Assembly (NCBI GenBank): GCA_000165425.1
Contig: CT868065.1
Span: 1-64,000 of the forward strand
DNA: 64,000 nt
Source: Paramecium tetraurelia
Lineage: Eukaryota
Reading direction: 5' to 3'
Part shown: positions 55,057-64,000 of the stretch, in pieces
Numbering within the stretch: the stretch's first letter is position 1
Layout of the letters: every line of letters begins with the position of its first letter
Notes under the pieces: model-generated
The model's input: the letters and a program-made list of their open reading frames with translations, nothing else
Databases searched by the model: none
What the model was told of the DNA's origin: nothing
Translations under genes and position numbers: made by a program

Positions 55057-55320
55057 TTTGGATTCTTAAAATGATATAATAATAGTAATCAAAATTCAAC
55101 TTCCTTTTTTGTTGATTCAAAATCAACTCTTTTGGAATTATAGAAAGTTCCTTATGTTAATATTTATGCTCCTGAGGTAAAATATAAACAGTAATAAATG
55201 TGTTAAAAAAATAAATACCAAAAACAAACTGACATTTTTCAAAAATAATAATAATTAAATTTGAGTAAACTAAAATTAAGATCCAGCATTAAAAACTTGG
55301 GCATTGTAATATATTATTCT
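55057..55320 (+). pseudogene. Protein kinase relic
   Basis: One frame carries FGFLK* (TGA 55072-55074), YAPE, TDIF and LGIVIYY in kinase order. Confidence 0.45.
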
Positions 55321-55615
55321 TATTCTGAAAAAGTCAGAATGTTATTGATTACTTTATATTGTAACAAGGATTAAACCCCTTAAAACGAGAAGTTATTATG
55401 AAATTTCATTTTTTTTTGTTATTCAATACTAATAAGATAAACACTAAAAGGGTCAAAAAATAAATTTGTTGCATCTCTAAGCAATTGATGATTTCTATTT
55501 TATTAATTATTGTAATAAATTTGTATTTCTTATAGTGTCAATGACGTTTAAGAAAAAAAACCAACTACCAAGTAAATAGTTAAATAATGTAAAAAAACTA
55601 TAATTTAAATTGAAA

Positions 55616-55765
55616 NNNNNNNNNNNNNNNNNNNNNNNNNNNNNNNNNNNNNNNNNNNNNNNNNNNNNNNNNNNNNNNNNNNNNNNNNNNNNNNNNNNNN
55701 NNNNNNNNNNNNNNNNNNNNNNNNNNNNNNNNNNNNNNNNNNNNNNNNNNNNNNNNNNNNNNNNN
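55616..55765. other. Assembly gap (N run)
   Basis: Run of N. Confidence 1.
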
Positions 55766-55817
55766 CCTGTTCTATATAAATCCGTCTTATAGAATCTAAT
55801 AATCATATATTAAAACA

Positions 55818-58800
55818 ATGCAATTTTTGCTCATAATCATCGTTCTTACCTATGTTGAAGTTCTTTATTGCTAATGGCAAAACAATTTAGCTTTATTAAC
55901 ATCAAACACATTATTTACCTAATAAACTGGCCCATATGCATCTTAACAATCAGGAACCTTTTTGCAATTTAATACATAAATCACAGCCTATTTTATCACG
56001 TGCACAAACCCAAAAACAAGCTATATAACCCTAAATAGTTAATATCCTAGTGTTGAAACAGATTAAAACTACTTTTTATAAAGTGGATATTTTGTAGCTT
56101 TTGATTTATTTTTTAAAAGTACTTGGGATATTTAAGTTATAAGGTTTAAATTTGGTTCATTTGAATATTAATATATTTATTATGAACCATCAGATCATCC
56201 TTTGACTTATAAATTTTGTGATAATAAAATTGTCGATGTAAAAACAGTAAATTTTTCAATTACAACAACTAATTATGAAAAAATTTAGTTTATTTTCTCT
56301 TATTTCAATATTGGGTGGGTTTCAATTAGAAATTTTTATATATCTTCTTTTAATTGTTATCCCTCTTGCTCCTCTTGTAGTGGTTCTGGATTCAACGAAT
56401 GTACAGATTGCTATTTCCAAACCCCTACTAATGGAATTTGCCCCTCTTGCCCAACAAATTAATATTATGCGAAGCATATAGGATGCAAGCCAATTTGTGA
56501 TATTGGATCTTCTTTAATTAAGAAGGGATTCTGTCAAAATTATCCAAGTAATTATGAATAATATCTTCTTAGCTCAAAGTTTCATATCTACTTAATTTAC
56601 ACCTAATGTTTCATCCCCAGAAAATATGAAATGGTCATTAATCCTTGATCCACTACATGTTGACAATACTTTGCTTCCAAATATTTATGTAAACTATCAA
56701 TACATATACGGGATATTTAAATATCATTCAGGAGTTAACAGATTTATTAACGAACTATCTTCTAATTATTCAACTTACTTAATTGGATTCAAGATTACAT
56801 TAATAACATTCAATGATATCCCACTTGGTTGTGGAATCTAAATAAATATTAATAATACCTATTATGGATCAATTTCTAGAAATGACTAAGGAATTCAGGC
56901 ACATCAGTTAAGTATTTATGAAACTTCAGACTTTGGTTCATATCCAACGTATTCCTCCGTCAAAAAATATGTTTTAGTTACATACTATGATATCCCTAAG
57001 AACCCATTACTATTTTCAGCTGTCGGAAATTTTAGGTAAATTTCAATTATTATAGGTTAGTGATAACTCTGCTGGTTGGGGAATAATGTAAGTGTAAGCT
57101 ACTTCAGGTTATTGCCCTTAATTTTGTAAATTATGTGAAGTACCATTCAAATGTAAAACCTGCAATAGTGGATACTATTATTATAAAGATGGTACTTGTA
57201 TAAGTAGCTGCTCATTGCCATATTAGAAAATAGTCGATTCTTATTGTTAAGATTATGATGATGAAACACCATGTAAATATATACCAAGATAAATTTAGAC
57301 TCTATGTTTTTAGTTTAAGAATATATAAACACTGCAAATGATCCTGAATAATATTCTTAATATACTTTGATTTCTAAAAATGGAATCAATTTTTTAAAAG
57401 GATTAGATATTTATTATTCATATTGGTAATCATATCGAGTCTTTGGAGGCCCTTTTGTTTGGGCCTAGGCTAAATTTAAAAGAGTTCATAACATACTTGA
57501 TCCTCATCATAGTCTCACTATTGCCTTTTATATCCTTTATGGTCCAACATTTCCTTCAAATGGATATTTCATATATACAATAGAAAATAAATCACCAGTT
57601 TATAAATCAAGCTCTAATGCATAATCAGATTATTCTGATGGTTCAAAATATGATAAAGTATATGAAAGAATATCCCACAATACAAATACATTAACAATTT
57701 ATTGGGAATGTTATGGACTCAATAATGAACCAATTGAGGCCTATTGTGGATTCTATAATTATTATATAGCTGTTCATAAATGCAAACCTTATTGCTTATA
57801 ATGTTCAGATTAAAATACATGTACATAATGGAATAGCACATATGATTAGAATATTGTCAAATTTTCATAAGCAGAATGTGATATTCATGAATACTATGAT
57901 AAAGAATAAGTTAGATGCATATAATGTCCAATTCCTTGTTTATATTGTAGATCTAAATTAGATTGTTTAAGTTGTTAACCTACTTATACTTTAAGTAAAT
58001 TAGGATGTACTTGTAAATAGAATTAATATGAACAATCAAATCAATGCTATGATTGTCCAATTGAATGTAATTAATGTTTAAGTTAAACTTATTGTATAGA
58101 ATGCTTAATTAGTAATAATAGATAATTATAAAATGGGTAATGTATTTGTATTGATGGATATTATCCAATCATATCAAATCCTTAATGTCTTTTATGTCAT
58201 CAATTATGTTAAACTTGTACTGGGCCAACTTCTAATGAGTGTTTAACTTGCAAGAATATTCTTAATATTGAATAAATAGGAACAACATGTAAATGTTCAA
58301 TTGGATTATATTATAAAGATTCAACATAAACTTGTTCTAATTGTCATTCATCCTGTTAATCATGTTTTAGTTCTGCTATTAATGGTTGTTTAACATGTAA
58401 TCTATCTTTATAGAGAATATTAAAAGGATTAAAATGTGAATGTAAACCTGGTTATTATGAAGTAAATGATATTTGTATAAGTATTTCAAATATTTATATT
58501 TATTATAGATTGTCCAAATACAGAAGATAATTCATTAACTTAATGTTATAAATTATGTAATAATAATTAATAGATATGGCATACAACTATATGTAGTTCT
58601 TGTGATGGAGGATTCCAATTACAATATGGAGAATGTTAACCTATTTGTGGAGATTCATAAATAAAAGGATATGAATAATGTGAACATAATAATAATGTTG
58701 TTGATGATTTATGTTATAATTGTTAATATCAATGTCCAGCTCATTGTTTAACTTGTGATTAATCTACTAATTTACCATGTCCAGACATTTGTGGTGATGG

Positions 58801-61800
58801 ATATATAACTGGAATTGAAGAATGCGAAGATGGCAATGCTATTTAATATGATGGATGTTATCATTGTAAATTTTAATGTTAACCTTCATGTACTAAGTGT
58901 ATAAAAGGAGAATGTTAAGAATGTGGTACTGTGGGTTGGTTTATTGATCCTGCAGTCACACCTTAGTAATGTAAAGAAAGATGTGGAGATTCACTAATTG
59001 TTGGAATTGAATAATGCGATGATGCAAATACTTCTGATGCAGATGGATGCAAAGATTGTAAATATTTTTGTAGAATTGGTTGTTCATCTTGTGATTACTC
59101 TACAGGTTCTTGTCTAAGTTGTGAATTCCCTGGATTTGCTCCATATTATTATTTTTGCACAAATATTTGTGGAGATGGTTTAGTCGTCACAGATCCTTAT
59201 GGATACTATTATGAATAATGTGATGATGCTAATACATCTAATTATGATGGTTGCAGTAGTTGGTGCTAATTTTAATGTTAACCATCTTATATCTGCACTA
59301 ATTGCGTTAACAACAGATGTGAAACATGTGCTTAATATTATTAATTATCTGAAAATAAAATTTGTATTCCAATTTGTGGTGATTAATAATAATTGTTTGA
59401 TGAGAATTGTGAAGATAGTTTTATATTACCATATAAAGGGTGTTAAAATTGTATCCCTAAGTGTTAATCCTCTTGTATAGATTGTGATAATAATGGAAAA
59501 GGTTGTTTGGCTTGTCAATTTGGTTACGAAAGAATTGATAATTTGTGTTTTTCAATTTGTGGCGATCAGATAGTTACAGATGATGAATAATGTGATGATG
59601 GTAATTTTAAATTAGCAGATGGATGTCATTTCTGTTAATTCAGTTGTTAGGATTCATGTGGTAATTGCATTTCAGGACTCTGTTATAATTGTTTAGATGG
59701 TTATCAATTAATATAAAATAAGTGTCATCCAATCTGTGAAGATGCTATATTGAGAAATGATGAATAATGCGAAATTATAGATTAATCTATCTCAGAAGGG
59801 TGCGTTAATTGTCAATTCAAGTGTGATGTAAATTGTTAAATTTGCTTATTCGGAATGTGTTAACTCTGCTAAGTTGGTTTTCATATGCCTCCTGATGGGT
59901 AAAGTTGTTAAAGAGATTATTAATAATAAGACATCTAACTTGAATACTGTAAATTATAGATAGGGAATGCTTGTAAATAGTGTGAAGATTTCGCATAATT
60001 GAATCAAATAACAAAAACTTGTTCAGTAAACTTGTAATATAAAAAGTGTATGAAGAATTGTAAATTATGCTTAGATTAAATTTGTTTGGAATGTTATACT
60101 GGATATTATGGATTTAAATGTATCCCATAATTAGGAGATGGCATAGTGGTTGAAGAAGAAATTTGTTTTGATTAAAACAACTATGATACTATAGAATGTT
60201 ACTCTAAATGTGATGTCAATTGCATAAGTTGTATAATTGGGATATGTGACCTATGTTTATAAGGCTTTTATTTATTCAATAATAAGTGCATACCAAATAT
60301 TATAACTAATATTTTATATGTGAATGACGATTTAGATTTATGTGGAGATTATAAATTAAGCATCAATGAAGAATGTGAGGATGGCAATACTTATCCATTT
60401 GATGGTTGTTATTAATGCAAATTTTAATGTGATGTTAATTGTATTAATTGTCAATTTGGAAAATGTGAAAGTTGCAATAGTGGTTATATTCTAAATAATA
60501 ATTATATGTGTGAACCAGAATGCGGAGATGGCATTGTGATTCCATTTACAAGTGAATAATGCGATGAAGAAGATGAAGGGTGTTTAAATTGTTAATTTTA
60601 TTGTTAACCTTATTGTCTCTAATGTAATGTACATTAGTGTTTCTAATGCTTTAACGGATTTTCAATAAATTAAAATGAATGCATACCTGTTTGTGGAGAT
60701 GGAATATTATTAAGTGACTTTGAAGAATGTGATGATTAAAATGATGAACAATTTGATGGATGTTTTGAATGTAGATTTTAATGTCAGTAAAATTGTGAAA
60801 TATGTGAAGAAGGTAATTGCTTAAGAGAATTTTGTTACGATGGTACATATTGGCTAAAAGACTAATGTTAAGCTATTTGTGGAGATAAAATAATTGCAGG
60901 TGATGAATAATGTGATGATGGAAACTAAATTCAATATGACGGCTGCCATAATTGTTAATTTTAGTGCAATTAGCAATGCAATATCTGTGAAGAAGGAATA
61001 TGTCTTGAATGTATTATAGATTATGCCTTGATTGATGCGCTTTGCGTTTTAAACTAAAAGAAACTTATTAATAATACTAATCCTGGGTCTTTTAATAACA
61101 ACTCAAGTATCAATAGTAATGGCAACAGTAATAACAACAAAAATAATACTATTAATAGTAATGGTGTTAAATAATAAGAGTCAGTTTTAGAATCGAATGA
61201 GATATGTCGAGACTCAGAATGCGCATACTCAAAAAAACCAAACATGAAACTTACTTATAATTATTAACAATTTTCTTACTAATATGTTGACATTAGTTTC
61301 GATTAAGAAATAAAATTTAGTGATTCGGTGATAAAACAACAAGAGCTATTCAATATCAGTATTCTTGATTTAGAACCCAAAGATTATAATATTACTGTTA
61401 ATACAATATAAGAAGTCTCTTTTGATCTCTAAAATGCTTTCTATTAAGTTGTTGTTGAAATATTTCCACAACTTGTAAATAGGCCAATCCTTTTTATTTC
61501 ACTAAATTAAGAAGTTATTAACTCAAATAATTAGACACTTTAAGAAAATAATTAAACAATTACCCTTTACATACCAAAAGTAATTTCTGAGTCAATCAAA
61601 TCGACATCCATAAAAGCATAATAATCAAACAAAGCATTTATGATTGGAGCAATTTGTTTATGCGTAATTTCTTTAATTTCAGGTGAAAGTTCTGTATTTG
61701 TTGAAACTTTAAATGTTCTATAATATCAATCCTACTTAAGATTTATTAATATTGAATATCCTGAGAACCTATTTATCTATTTTTAAGCGTAAGACTTGCT

Positions 61801-62770
61801 ATCAATAACTTCTTATTTACAATTCTTCTAACTAGATGATTATTTAGACTTTATAACTAGAAAAGAATAATAATATGTTGATTTAAAGGGAAAATTTAAA
61901 GAATATAATATAGAGGCTGATCTTTTTACCAATATATTTCCACAGATGATTCAATTTCTTGGATTGATAACACTGCTTCGTTTTACTAAAAAAATTCATA
62001 ATTTATTATTCAAATTACTTTAATATAAAAAGGTTATTTACTATATCTAAACTACTAAATCTAAGATTTTAATGGCAATTATTAATTTTATACTGTATTT
62101 AGGTAAAAGTGTCAAATAATTAATTAGAATACGATATCTCTTTAATTGTGATTAAATTCGATAACTAATTTACTTAAATTCATGGGATTTGATATTTAAA
62201 GTAATTTTACAACTTAATTATAATCGAATAGATAATATTCGAAGTATTTTAACCACTGTATTTGCAGCTTTAATATTTCTCTACTACTTTTATTTTTTAC
62301 TCCAATCTTTCAAATAATGCAGTGATATCTATAACAAAAATACAAAAGCGAAGTTGGAAATAAAGTTCATTACGTTAGATATGTGCAGAACCATATTTTT
62401 CCATATTGTTCTAATACTATTCTAGGATCAATAATTTTTATAATGTTTACTACTCTCTGTTAGCAGCTTATGCTAATGTTGTCTATTATATAAATATAAA
62501 CGATGCTCTAAATGGGATAAAATTACATCCATATTAATTGAAGCCATTTTAACAGTTTTTAGTTTAAGTTTATTTTTTTATATTGAAATTGAGTAAGTTT
62601 ATATTTCTTACGAAAACAAAGTTACTTTAGGATTTATACACATGAACTTATTGATTTTAAGTCTGGCAATAGTTCTTGCAAAACAATTAATACCTAAAAT
62701 AATAAACATATGCAAATTTTTATTTTAATAAAAGAAACCTAAAGTTGCTACAGAAATACTATTTTTTTGA
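55818..62770 (+). CDS. Giant Cys-rich surface receptor-like protein, copy B (inverted paralogue of 32205-39205)
   Basis: 2283 codons after introns 56548-56572, 57036-57060, 57273-57298 and 58481-58508. Signal peptide, furin-like and CGDG/CDDGN repeats, Asn-rich linker at about 61070-61170, TM region with FINIEYPEN. Confidence 0.85.
57245..59780. repeat. Long inverted repeat matching about 35340-37780
   Basis: Long near-identical reverse-complement stretches, e.g. 58021-58200 versus about 36830-37010, including two identical introns. Confidence 0.9.
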
Positions 62771-63088
62771 ATTTATATTAAATTTATTTTAAATAATCTA
62801 AAATATAATATTATTTAAAGTAGTTTGTTATTATTGATTAGAAATATTTTTGGAATCGTCATCTAAACGAATTATGCTAATAATTAATTCTTTATCTATA
62901 TAAATTCTATGATTCTTATTTATTTATATGCTTTTAAAAGGATAATTTAAGTTTAAGTTCAATTAACCTATTGTTCAGTTTGCTTTTGTATATTAATTTT
63001 ATATAAATATATCAAAATTTTATATGTATATATATATAACATTTATTTAAAAACAGAATTGCTATCTTAAAATATAAGAATATTTTCT

Positions 63089-63440
63089 TCAATTCAAATC
63101 TTCTTTTAGTTTAAAATATAAATTAAATTGCCTATGATATGTATTTTTGGTTTGTTCATATGAGAGAGCTTTCTTACCCATTTTAATTGAATTCAGTAAA
63201 TCTTTGAAATCTAATCCTGAAATTTACGAAATGGAGCAGATATACATAAATAGGTTGTATGACTTCAATAATGTTAATGTCATTTGAAATCTCAATTTTT
63301 GATCTATTAATTTATCCACTTATTTTGGTGAATTTACTTAGAAGTTTATTCATCTCTATCTACTGTTTTGCATTTGTTTATATGATTCGATTCTAATTAG
63401 ATTTATGATTCAAGGGTGTCTAATCTCTATCCAGCTCCAT
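63089..63440 (-). CDS. Small hypothetical protein
   Basis: MELDRDQTP..; removing a 34-nt GTA..TAG intron (63304-63337) gives 106 codons. No recognised motif. Confidence 0.4.
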
Positions 63441-63488
63441 AGATAATCCAAAATTAAAAAAAAACTTAAATTCTTAACATTAAAATAA

Positions 63489-63956
63489 ATGGGATGCGTA
63501 AAATCAAATGGAAATAAAAAAGTAAAGAATTATACAATAAATAGTTAGAGGACATGAAATAAGGCTTTGTTATTCGGATTCTGCATCCCGAAAACAGAAC
63601 TGAGAAACAGTTTAAATACTTTGATGAGAAATAGAAGAGTGATCTTATTATGAATGTGATGAATGGAATATGTTTTAGTGAGAAAGTTTCTGATAAGTGC
63701 GATGGTAATTTTATTTCAGTTTATGATCCTTCTGATGATCGGTTTCACTATTACATATAAAAATTAGATGGTACTGCTTCGAATACTCAAAGCGCTAGGA
63801 ATTGAAATAGACAACTCTAATGAACCACTGAAAGGGAGAATTTGGGTGCCATATATAAATGAAAAAAGGTCGGATTGGGATATATTGGTAGAAAATAACA
63901 CTAGAATATCAATAACTGATCATTTAGTATGGAAATTGGAAGCTGTGAAAAAGTGA
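63489..63956 (+). CDS. Small N-acylated protein with a DUF4430/transcobalamin beta-domain-like C-terminus
   Basis: MGCVKS N-terminus; YIQKLDG..IWVPYINE..ISITDHLVWKL. Introns 63522-63544 and 63771-63798. 139 codons. Confidence 0.65.
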
Positions 63957-64000
63957 ATGATAATTAATTATTTATCTTATGATTAGAATAATTTTCACAT

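Noticed and set aside
35340..59780. Inverted repeat as terminal inverted repeats of a large transposon
   Set aside because: The repeats are internal to two intact host genes. No transposase, integrase or target-site duplication was seen, and the enclosed genes are ordinary cellular genes.
39..61245. Many ORF-track entries (e.g. 39-287, 12667-12855, 13540-13796, 17169-17456, 18114-18578, 23722-23958, 35870-36076, 59199-59480)
   Set aside because: Antisense or off-frame shadows of real table-6 genes.
1..64000. tRNA, rRNA, telomere-addition sites, retained IESs, selenocysteine read-through
   Set aside because: None recognisable by eye. Modelled genes are uninterrupted apart from introns and two single-base shifts, and in-frame TGAs occur only in decayed regions.

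Overview
AT-rich eukaryotic DNA read with the ciliate genetic code (TAA/TAG = Gln, TGA = only stop) and 20-34 nt GT..AG introns, i.e. Paramecium-type macronuclear sequence. The supplied standard-code ORF track is therefore fragmentary; I re-translated by hand. About 26 protein genes are modelled: arrestin-like, three paralogues of a 2-TM DEG/ENaC-topology family, an OSCA/TMEM63-like channel, ankyrin-TPR, three hybrid histidine kinases, TBCK-like, a CaaX beta-helix protein, cytochrome b5-domain, four-RING protein, Zn alcohol dehydrogenase, two ~7 kb inverted Cys-rich multi-TM receptor-like genes, Myb, PH-pseudokinase, enoyl-CoA hydratase, MSH4-like, ATG13-like, SAMHD1-like, PH-OSBP and a small acylated DUF4430-like protein. 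There are also decayed gene relics and two assembly gaps. The highlights are: a gene-conversion mosaic between the two giant receptor genes, with two identical introns in the core and divergent ends; an ATGA stop/start overlap between two histidine kinases; a zero-gap convergent pair; an 11-bp divergent pair; an intron that toggles between a CaaX end and in-frame read-through into the TBCK-like gene; an ATPase-degenerate MSH4; and a SAMHD1 with a TPQK tail. Family assignments come from recognised motifs, not database searches.
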